Shown here in pieces: positions 45,826-56,300 of a stretch of 64,000 nt of DNA. Position 1 is the first letter of the stretch. Each line of letters begins with the position of its first letter. The DNA comes from Mantamonas sphyraenae STR306. Lineage: Eukaryota > Protista > CRuMs. The stretch is from assembly GCA_026936335.1 (NCBI GenBank), contig JAPMXV010000075.1:146360-210359 (forward strand), written 5' to 3'. The notes under the pieces are model-generated. The model ran no database searches, was not told the DNA's origin, and saw nothing but the letters and a program-made list of their open reading frames with translations. The translations under genes and the position numbers were made by a program.

Positions 45826-47446
45826 ATGAACTGGTCGAGGAACGAGTGGCGCAATTTGCTGAATGGCGGGGATCATGAACGGATTTGTAGCGCACTGGAG
45901 GCAGTGGGAGAGGTGGGTTGCGACTGGACGCAGAGGGATGTTTGGCACGTCAGGAAAAATGAAGCGCAAAAATGGAGTGTGTGCTGACACGTGGAGCACA
46001 GATGATGAGTATTGAATTCGCGAACCTCGGAGGTTATTGGACAGTAGCACTGGCCAAGGCGCTGGGGACGAACACAAGTTTGCAGACACTGAATCTCTGC
46101 AACAACAGCATCGGGGCAGAAGGGGCAGCCGCACTGGCGCAGGCACTTTGTTTAAACAGCAGCCTGCAGACACTGAATCTCTACAACAACGGGATCGGGG
46201 CAGAAGGGGCAGCAGCACTGGCGCAGGCACTGGGTGGGAACAGCAGCTTGCAGAGACTGAATCTCAGCGCCAACGGGATCGGGGCAGAAGGGGCAGCAGC
46301 ACTGGCCAAGGCGCTGGGGACGAACACAAGTTTGCGGATACTGAACCTCAGCGTCAACGGGATCGGGGCAGATGGAGCAACGGCACTGGCGCAAGCACTG
46401 AGTGAGAACAGCAGCTTGCGAACACTGAACTCTTTGGCAACAACGACATCGGGCAACGAAGGCGCAGCTGCAACTCGCGCAGGCACTGAGGGAGAACAGC
46501 AGCTTTGCGGACACTACTCTCTCGGCGCAAACAGCATCGGGGGCAGAAGGAGCAGCCGCACTTGGCGCAGGGGATTGAGGGAGGACAGCAGCGTTCAGAT
46601 TCTGCAACTCGACAGCAATCGCATCGGGGCAGAAGGAGCAGCTGCACTTGCGCAGGCGCTGAGTGTTAACCGCAGCTTGCAGAATCTGGACCTCACCGGT
46701 ACCGGCGTTGGCGAAGAAGGTGCAACAGCACTGGCGCAGGCGCTGAGGGAGAACAGCAGCTTGCAGATACTGTACCTCAGCGACAACAGAATCGGGGACG
46801 AAGGAGCAGCAGCATTGGCAAAGGCAATGCAAGGCAATCGATCGTGCTGGACATCGAATGGGCTTCGCAATGACACTTTGGAGTCGCTTTGGAGAGAAAC
46901 AAGGAGCAGCACGAGGAGTTTGTGGAGTGTGGAAATGTGGAGAGGATGGCTGCGTTGAAGGAGTGGGGTGTGCCTATGGACACGTTTGCAGGGGAGCACG
47001 GAAGGACCACGGCGCTGGAGCGAGCAGTTGAGGATGGGGATGATGAGATTGTGGAGGTGTTGCGGGGATGGGGTGCCAAGCCGAGGATGAGGGACGGAAG
47101 AGATGGTGCGGAAGGTAGGGTGGAGGAAGGCGTGGCATTGGATTGGATGGGGTGGATTGGTGGAGGAGGCGATGGAGGTGGCATTGGTGATGAATGGGGA
47201 GGAGAGGGAGGTGATGTTTGAGTGTGGTGGGATGGAGGAGTATGTGGAGGAGGGAGGGTGGGAAGGGTGGGTGACGCTTCCAGATGAGGTGATGGAGAGG
47301 GTGATTGGGTGGGTGGGGAGGGGTGCTGCACCGGCAAGGGTCGCTGTGGGGAGGTCAGGGGAGACGAGGAAGCGAGGGAGAGATGAGGTGGAAGAGGAGA
47401 GGAGGAAGCAGAGGTGGAGAAGAGGCAACGTGTGGAGGAGGAGTGA
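45826..47446 (+). pseudogene. LRR-ankyrin-F-box-like copy 7 (~10 LRRs) with several frameshifts (real or sequencing) and a basic/acidic tail; intron 45913-46001
   Basis: Exon 1 MNWSRNEWRNLLNGGDHERICSALEAVGE. The module is split over ORFs starting at 45972, 46889 and 47103. Confidence 0.78.
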
Positions 47447-47852
47447 ACAGTGGGGTGTGATCAGCAAGGAGGAATGGACGTCGGACGCAGGAGAGGAGGA
47501 AAGGGCAGGAGGTTGGCAGGAAGGTAGGGAGGATCTTGGACGACGGGGATGGCAATGTGGGGAGAATGTACATTCAACACACAGATAGCAATGCCAGTGC
47601 AATGGAAGGGGGTGGTTGCACTGGCAGTCCATTGCGAGGGAAGGAAGGTTTGGAGGCCTTTTGCAGCGGTACGGTGTTGGCAAGCGCAGCAGCGCACAAC
47701 GCATTTAGGAGCTGTCACATTCTTACGGGACCGCAGTGTAGGTAGATTTGGGTGAATAGAGAAGTGTGGGATGGAGAGAGGGAGGAGGAGGACGGCCGTG
47801 GAAGCGAAGGAGAGGAAACGGTGGTGCACACACGCTCACAACGGGCAAGCAG

Positions 47853-49439
47853 ATGAGCTCGACAAACATGGATGATTGGGTGGCTTTGCTGCAGAGCGGG
47901 GATCATGCACGGATTGGCAGTGCTCTGGAGGCAGAGGAAGAGGTGTGTTGCGCCCGGAACGCGGACGGAATGGTTGTGTCACGTCCAGAAGCGAGTGGGC
48001 GAAGGGAAAGAATGTGTGCTGACACGTGGAGCACGGAAGTTGATCATTGTTCACAAGCAGTTGGGAGACAATGAGGCAGTAGCACTGGCCAAGGCGCTGG
48101 GAAAGAATAGGAGCTTGAGGAAATTGTCGTTGAACAAGAACAGTATCGGGGACGGGCAGCAGCACTGGCGCAGGGCTTAGTGAATACAGCAGCTTGCAGA
48201 AACTGGAACTAAGCGGCAACAGAATCGGGGACGAAGGGCAGCAGCACTGGCGCAGGCACTGTGTATGAACCGCAGCCTTCAGACACTGTACCTCAACGAC
48301 AACAGCATCGAGGCAGAAGGCGCATCAGCACTTGCGCAAGCACTGATTGCCAGCAACAGCTTGCAGAAACTCTTTCTCGGGCAACAACAACATCGGGGCA
48401 GAAGGGGCAGCAGCGTTGGCACAGGCAATTTGCGAGAACTCCAGCTTGCACTCACTGAACCTCTGGGGCAACAGCGTCGGTGCAGAAGGAGCAGCAGCGC
48501 TGGCGCAGGCAATTTTGCGAGAACTCCAGCTTGCACTCACTGAAGCTCTGGGGCAACAGCGTTGGTGCAGAAGGAGAGCAGCAGCGCTGGCAAAGGCACT
48601 GTGTGTGAACAGCAGCTTGCAGACACTCTTTGTCTACACCAACAACATCGGAACAGAAGGAGCAAAAGCGCTGGCCCAAGGCACTGTGTGAGAACCGTAG
48701 CCTGCGTACACTGGGTCTCAGCCTCAACAATATCGGAACAGACGGTGCAACAGCACTGGCGCAGGCACTGAGTGTGAACAGCAGCTTGCAGAAGCTGGAA
48801 GTTAACGACAACAGCCTCGGGGATGAAGGAGCAGCAGCACTGGCGCAGGCGCTGGCTGAGAACAACAGCTTGCAGTCGCTGGACCTCAGCAGGATCAGCA
48901 TCATGGATGAGGGAGAAGCAGCACTGACAAGGGCAATGGAAGGCAATCGGTCCTGCTGGAGGATCTACGGCGTTTTCGATACCTCTTTGTGGTCACTGTT
49001 GGAGAGGAACAGGAAGCATCACGTGGAGTTTGTGGAGTGTGGGGATGTGGAGAGGATGAGAGAGTTGATGGAGTGGGGGGTGCCTGTCGACACGTTTGCA
49101 GGGGAGAGGGGGAGGAAGAATGCGCTGGAGAGAGCAGTGACGCGAGGGGATGAGAGGATTGTGGAGGTGTTGCGGGAGTGGGGTGCAAAGCCAAGGATGG
49201 AAACGGTGGAGATGGTGAGGAAGGAAGGGTGGAGGAAGGCGTGGCATTGGATTTGGTGGGGTGGACAGGTGGATGGGGCAATGGAAGTGGCGTTGGTGAT
49301 GAATGGAGAGGAGAGGGAAGTGATGTTTGAGTGTGGAGGGATGGAGGAGTATCTGGAGGAGGGAGGGTGGGAAGGGTGGGTGACGCTTCCAGATGAGGTA
49401 ATGGAGAGGGTGATTGGGTGGGTGGGGAGGGGAGAGTGA
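47853..49439 (+). pseudogene. LRR-ankyrin-F-box-like copy 8 (~11 LRRs), frameshifted in the LRR region; acceptor changed from CACAG to CACGG with an in-frame AAG 3 nt downstream
   Basis: Exon 1 (MSSTN)MDDWVALLQSGDHARIGSALEAEEE. LRR fragments lie in several frames, and the C-terminal module is intact in ORF 48630-49439. Confidence 0.78.
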
Positions 49440-51457
49440 GGTGGGGAGGGTGTGGGAATGGATGCGTTCATTCAAGGCGGTGGTTTTTGGAGGAGGAGGG
49501 CAAGGGATTGGAGAGGCGTTGAAGAGTGGAATGAATGGAAGGTGATGCGGAGTGTGATACGGTCAAAGAGGGTGCAGTGTTGTTGGGTTGGGGTTGGGCA
49601 GTCAAGGGGTCGAGTGGGAGAAGGGAGTGACGGCATGGGTGACAATGGCGGGGATGGTGGGTTGCACCTGCCTGGAGATGAGGTGTGGCATGGTGGTGCG
49701 AACGAGGGAGACCAAACACACAGTGGCTCATAGGGCCTCTGGTCGCTTTGTCAGTCATCTCTGGATGTTCCTTCTCTGTGAAGTGGATACCATGGGACTG
49801 TCGCGGATGATGCATTGGCCTTTGGTGACACCGTGGCTGTATGGATGACACCAGCGAAGTAGAAACTCCGCCTGTGTGAGGATCAACGCACACAAACCCT
49901 GTCCTGTGTCAGCGCACAGCCCTCACTGGATCCTAAGACCATGCGTGTAGTCGAGTGCATGGGAAACACACGCGCAGAGGCAGTTTCGTATTTTGGGTGA
50001 TTTTGGTGGAGAGCGGCTGGTTGTTCACCATGTCGACAATGGTCGAAAAGTGGCGAAAAGTGGAATGAGGGTCAGTGGGGTGTGGTTGATGTGTGGAGGG
50101 CGGAGACCGAGGCTGAGGGCATGGGGTGGCCTGTGGTGCGAGCAGGGCGGCGGCAAAGGTGCGGGTGCTCGGCCACCGCCTGACACCAGCTGCGTGAGTT
50201 TCTGCGACACTGCTCACGAATGCACAGCCTGACTGTGGTAGAAGTGTGCTTGGGAAGTGTGTGGGTGACTGCACACAGGTGCAAGAGGTGGGCGTGGTGA
50301 TCAAGGGGGTGTGTGGTCTGTGGGAGGGCGGTTTGTGGCGCAGGAAGGCGGCGAGGTGCGGCTGGGCTGGCAAGGCGACAAGCAAAATCGACGCCACGAC
50401 CACCACCAGGCACATTTTTCATCGAATTTGAGGAACTTGGTGGAGAGGTGGAATGGGAGGATGCGGGCCCAGAGAACGGAGGATGAGGGCGTGGAGGGGC
50501 CTGTGGCGTGTGTGGGAGGCGGAGTTGATGGAGGCCGGATTGCCACCTTGCGACAAAATCACCCCAGGGTGGCAAGGGAGGAGGGTATGGGATGGATGGT
50601 GGTGAAGAGGGGTGGGGGAAGGAGGGACGGTTGGGGTAGCATGTGTGTGTGCATGGACGCAGCCATCCGCACACGCGGGCCGAAGAGCAGGAAGATGGGC
50701 GGCGACTCAGATTCGGGAAGAGGAAGCAAGGTGAAGAGTCATTCGTGTCGCAAGAATGAATTTGGCGGACGCCATTGGCATTGCATGGGCGCATGGGTGA
50801 ACACAGCAGTGGCAAGCAGGAGGAGGACGAGGCCAACGGTTGTTTCTTCCATGCTGGTGGCACTGATGGACAAAGACAGAACGTTGTGTGAAGCACTCTG
50901 GGGAGTGATAGCACGGCATGGATGCACTGGGCAGAGTGAACGAGGGCATGCATGGGGCGTGGAGGCAGACAACCGCCAAAGGAAGATGGGCAAGTCGTGG
51001 CAGGTGCTGCTGGGAAGGACGAGGGAGGAATGTGTGGAGGATAGTAGAGTGAAGAGGGAAGGTGTGGTTCATTCATGTGTGGTGGTGGTGGTGGATGGAG
51101 GAAGAGGGTCAGGAGTGGACTGGAGGCATGGTGGGGCGCACAAAGGGTGTGGAACGCCGTTCTACTGTGGACGTTGTGGCGTAGTTGGGTAAAATGTAGG
51201 TGGGCAGTTTGTGAACAGTGATTGGGTGTGTGTGTTGTGAACGCGGGATGTGAAGGGGCGAAGAAGGAACAGAGTGCTGCTTTTCCTCTGTGCGGAGGTG
51301 CATCCAACGCATATTGCACACACACACTTTAGAGCAGTCATTGGGTAGGGAAGGGCGGGGGAATCGGGGACTTGTGCGCTTGTGAGGGTGGGATAGGGAG
51401 AGAGGCACGAGAAGGAGGAATCAAGAGGGGCTGACCTCGTGGAGTACCGCAGGAATT

Positions 51458-52944
51458 ATGGGCTTGGAAAGAGAAGAATGGGTGGAATCGTTGCAGAGTG
51501 GGGACCATGGGCGGATTGTGGAAGCTTTGGAGGCTCAGGAAGGGTGAGAGTTGACGGAAAGAAATCGGGAGGGAGTTGGTGAGCGTGACGTGCGTCGCAC
51601 GGGGAAGGGGAGGAGGGATGGGGGTAGGGTGGGTGTGATGGTGAGTAGGAAGGGTGGGACGTGTGTTGACACCTCGAACACAGAAATTGGACCTTTGCAA
51701 TTGGTACTTGAGTGACCACGAAGCAGCGGCACTTTCGCAGGCACTTGCTCAGAACAGCAGCTTGCAGACACTGATCCTCAGCCACAACAGATTCGGGGCA
51801 GAAGGCGCAGCAGCTCTGGGGCGGGCACTGGGTGAGAACAGCAGCTTGCAGACACTGTCCCTCGGCTCCAACAGCATAGGGTATGAAGGAGCAGCTGCGC
51901 TGGTGCAGGCACTTTGTGTGAACAGCGGCTTGCAGGCACTGGACCTCGGCGACAACAGCATCGGGGCAGATGGAGCAGCAGCACTGGCGCAGGCACTGAA
52001 GAAGAACAGCAGCTTGCAGACACTGTTCCTCGGCGACAACAGCATTGGATATGAAGGAGCAGCTGCACTTGCGCAGGCGCTGTGTGTGAACAGTAGCTTG
52101 CAGACACTGGACCTCGGAGGCAACAAAATCTGCGACGAAGGAGCAGCAGCACTTGCTCAGGCGCTGGCTGAGAACTGCAGCTTGCAGATACTGTACCTCG
52201 GACGCAACAAAATCTGCGACGAAGGAGCAGCAGCACTTGCTCAGGCGCTGGCTGAGAACTGCAGCCTGCAGGCACTGTTCCTTGGTAGCAGCATTGGGGA
52301 CAAAGGAAAAGCATCACTGGTGCAGGCAATGCAAGGCAATCGGTCGTGCTGCATTATCCACGGCGTTGAAAATGATGCGTTGCTGTCACTGTTGGAGAGG
52401 AACAAGGAGCAGCACGAGGAGTTTGTGGAGTGTGGGGATGTGGAGAAGATGGCTGAATTGAAGGAGTGGGGTGTGCCTGTGGACACGATTGCAGGTAGTC
52501 AAGGTGGTACACTGCGCTGGAGGTAGCAGTTGAGGATGGGGATGATGAGATTGTGGAGGTGTTGCGGGAGTGGGGTGCAAAGCCGAGGATGAAAACGGTG
52601 GAGATGGTGAGGAAGGAAGGGTGGAGGAAGGCGTGGCATTGGATTGGGTGGGGTGGACAGGTGGATGAAGCGATGGAGGTGGCATTGGTGATGAACGGGG
52701 AGGAGAGGGAGGTGATGTTTGAGTGTGGAGGGATGGATGAGTATGTGGAGGAGGCAGGGTGGAAGGGTGGGTGACACTGCCGGATGAGGTAATGGAGAGG
52801 GTGATTGGGTGGGTGGGGAGGGGAGCTGCTCCGGCAAGGGTCGCTGTGGGGAAGTCAGGGGAGACCAGGAAGCGAGGGAGGGATGAGGTGGAGGAGGAGG
52901 AGGAACCGGAGGTGGAGAAGAGGCAACGTGTGGAGGAGGAGTGA
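51458..52944 (+). pseudogene. LRR-ankyrin-F-box-like copy 9 (8 LRRs) with single-base frameshifts and a basic/acidic tail
   Basis: Exon 1 MGLEREEWVESLQSGDHGRIVEALEAQ; exon 2 starts at 51684. The module is split over ORFs starting at 51654, 52553 and 52759. Ends ETRKRGRDEVEEEEEPEVEKRQRVEEE. Confidence 0.78.
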
Positions 52945-53399
52945 AGGATTGGGTTGATCAAGGATTAATGGACGTCCTTTTTTGGGACGCAGGAGAGAGA
53001 GGAAAGGGTGGGAGAGGGATGGCTAGGGAGCTAGTCACGTGTGTGTGGACAACTATGGCAACGATTATGTCAGGTGAGATGTGGGGACATGACACAGGCG
53101 TGTGAATGGGCGGAGCAAGTGGCGGAGGAGCTTCAGATGGCGCAGTGAGTGGCAAGAGAATGCAGTGCATGGCCATGTCCACTGCCTGTGTGATGGAAAT
53201 GGTCGAGTGGGAAACAATGCAAAGTGACACGTTGTGAAAAGACGGGAGGCTGGTTCGGGCGGACGGTGCAGCGAAGGGAGACGAAACACGGGCTGAACAC
53301 ATCCATGCGCTGTCCAACAATCCCTTGGCGCGTACGCAATCATCCAGAGTGGAACCAGTGTTGACCACAGTGGAACCATGTTGTGTGGAAAGGGCCGCA

Positions 53400-56300
53400 T
53401 TGGGCGTGGTTGAGGGCGTTTGTTGGCGGGAAGAATATGGCGCGTGGAAGCGCGACTCGTCAAGGACAATGGAAGCCTACGCCGCTCACGCGTTCACAGA
53501 GCAACAAGAGGGGAGGTGGAAACACTCCTTCAGGACCCATTGCCAGCATGGAGCACGACCTGGTGATGCATTGTGACAAGGACACAGCGCTGCTGCTTGG
53601 TAAGGCCGTGAAGATGGCCAAAGATGAGAGGGTGCTTGGCGCAGTTCGACCAGTGTGTGTTTCCATACTCAAACACGGACGAGGGCATGTCCGTAGAGGC
53701 CACCATGGTTGCACAAACGCCCAAGGACGAACTGGCGCCGAAGAACATGAAGGACGTGTGCACAAGCAGGCCGTCAAGGTTGTGCACTAGGTGCAAACGT
53801 CAGCCAACACAGGCGTGGATGACGACGACTGGGCTGGAGGAAAGAAGGTGGCCGTGGACTTGAAGAAGGAAGGAAGCTGAAGATGGGTGGAAGAGCGGGA
53901 AGTGGCTGATGCACCGTGGCGGCCTTCTGCTGGGCTCTTGCTGCCTGCAACACGACGTTGTGTTGCAGACGACACCGTTCAAGGCAGGCGGTGCTTTGGG
54001 GGGCAGCAGCAGCAAAGGTTGCTTGGGTCGACTCGCCCCAGGGAATCTGAAGGGGGTGCTCGAGTGGCAAGTTTGGCAGCGGCAGGGACAAGGGGTGAAC
54101 GAACGCCATGGAGACGATGAAGTGGGTCTGAAGCAGATAATGAAGTGACAGGATTGGGGCAGCTGAAGGCATGGGACATTGAGGAGAAAATGAAGTGGAC
54201 CGTGGTCCGAGAGCGTGCGGTTGAGTTGTGCAGTTGCTTGAGCGGACGATGGACAAGCTGACGTAGGTTGGGATGTGCGCATCAGTCAGAACACGCTCTG
54301 TGTTGCTTCCACATCGCATGGTGTTGCCAGACCATGTCGAAGCTGTTGAGATCGGCCTGCATGTGACACCGTGAGTGACAGCGTGTCCGAGGAGCGGGAG
54401 GACAACCAGGGGGGCAGATCCGGGTGCTGCGGCGGTTCACGGGCGATACGCAATGAGACACGCGTGGACAAACGAGGAGAGTGCAACGTCCCCTGGGGGG
54501 TTGGGATGCAAGGAGAGGAGGACAACCACTCTGGTGGACATCCTCTTGATCGTGTGCCAGCAGGGTGTGAACGCGTCCGGCTACAACCTCAACACCCAAA
54601 ATGGTGACCAAAACAGCTGCAAACAACCTGCTGCAGTCGCTGGTGTGGACTCCATCCAGTCGATGTGCCAGTCGCAAAGCCGCGTGGCATTCGCAGGCAG
54701 CGGGATGGACGCCCTCGCCGTGGCCCTCAAGGTCATGTGCGTGGACTACCGCGACAATGACTCGCAGCAACTGAATGCCATCGAAGGTGCCTGGGTGCGC
54801 TGTACGCCGTTTCCTCTCGTTCGAGGGCGATCTGGAGCGCGAGTAGGCCTCACGGGATCTGCGTGCCCAAGTGCGCGATGTCGACCCACAAGGAGGGCAG
54901 CATGGAGAATGTGAAGGAGGCGCAGCTCAAGTTGGACGAATGGGAGAAGCTGAATGGTCAGCTGCAGGACACATCCAAGGGCAGGTCACGAGCCTGTTCC
55001 GCATCTTGGCCCTGCTGACCATGCGCCAACGACCCCGGTTTGGAGCCAAGGACCAGAAGACGGCCATCCAACAGCCAGCGCCTGGCCGAGGATGTGCTTT
55101 TGACATCGTCTGCAAGGAAGGGTCTGCACTGAACGAAGCAGGCAACGCGCTGTCGACTGTGCGAAGCGACAACGTGAGCGGTGGCAAGGTTTTGCCGAGG
55201 ACTCGCTGTGGCTGCTGGGTCGCGTGGCCCACCTGCATGCCACCAACGAGGGAGTGGGCGTGCCAACCACGAATACGGTCGGCCTGTGGATGGACAAGAA
55301 CAAGCGGGCAACAGCGGCAGTCGCGTCGTGAGCAAACGAGACGCCCGACGGCGACGGCAGCGCCACAGGTCCACGCCGCAAGCTGTGCAACGGCAACGGC
55401 GACGACCAAAGGAGGTGACGGGCGAATGCGGTGGCCAGGGCGTGGAGAGCAGTGAGTCGATCCTGGATCGCACGTGGACGCATGTGGCCGTATCGCGCAG
55501 TGCCACCAAACGGTCCTGAAACTGGTCATGAACGGCAACGGGAGGTGGGCGGTGCCGCTCCATGATCGGCACCACACCGGTGCGCATGGACGAGAGGTTC
55601 ACAGGCGTGGTCACGGAAGGCTTGGATGGTTTTGTGACTGAGGTGCGCTTCAGCAAAGGGGGAGCAGCTGCGGACGAGGAGGCGCTGGGTCTGGGCGCAA
55701 AGGCGGCCGAACGTGCCGTTTTTGCGCTGAGCGTGCCCAACCTGGTGAGCCACAGCGTGGAGTGTGTCCTGCAGACGATGTTGCCCCCTCTGTGCTGGTG
55801 CATCCATACGCAGCGACACGTGTGTCCATGGGCCAGGTTGTGCAGCTGAAGCTGAGCATTGTGATGGACAACGACCTCAGCTCGTCGTGGACAAACACGG
55901 CGATGGCCATCCGCGCTTGCCGCAAGGCATTTCACACGCCAGCACCCGACCGGGCCTGGGCCAGAATGGTGGAGACGATTGAGGGCGTGCGCACAGGGTC
56001 TGCTGACAACCCGGCGGCTGTGCTGATCAAACTCGCTCCTGTGTGTGTGGTGGGCAACGCCTTTGCCCTTTGGGTGGGCAGACGGACGCCAAAGTGCAGG
56101 GAGCCGCTCGGGCGAGCTTGCGTTGCTGCTGCGGCCGCTGCTGTCGTGCGACATGTGGGGCGAGGATCTGAAGCAGGCGCTGACCAAACGTACACTGGGC
56201 GACATCTCAGCCGTGATGGAAGGAGCGTGAGCAGCGGATTGTTTGCCATGGGCGAACGTGAAGCGATTGGGGATGGGCGCACTCAGCGTGCTGGGTGGAC

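Noticed and set aside
28820-52944. Calling the array NLRC3/NOD-like receptors, RanGAP or tropomodulin
   Set aside because: Only the LRR class is shared. No NACHT/P-loop or other diagnostic domains are present.
29118-52961. Long antisense ORFs rich in Pro/His/Ser or Cys/Gln (e.g. 29197-31071, 34592-36619, 43450-44715)
   Set aside because: They are shadows of the G-rich and repetitive sense strand.
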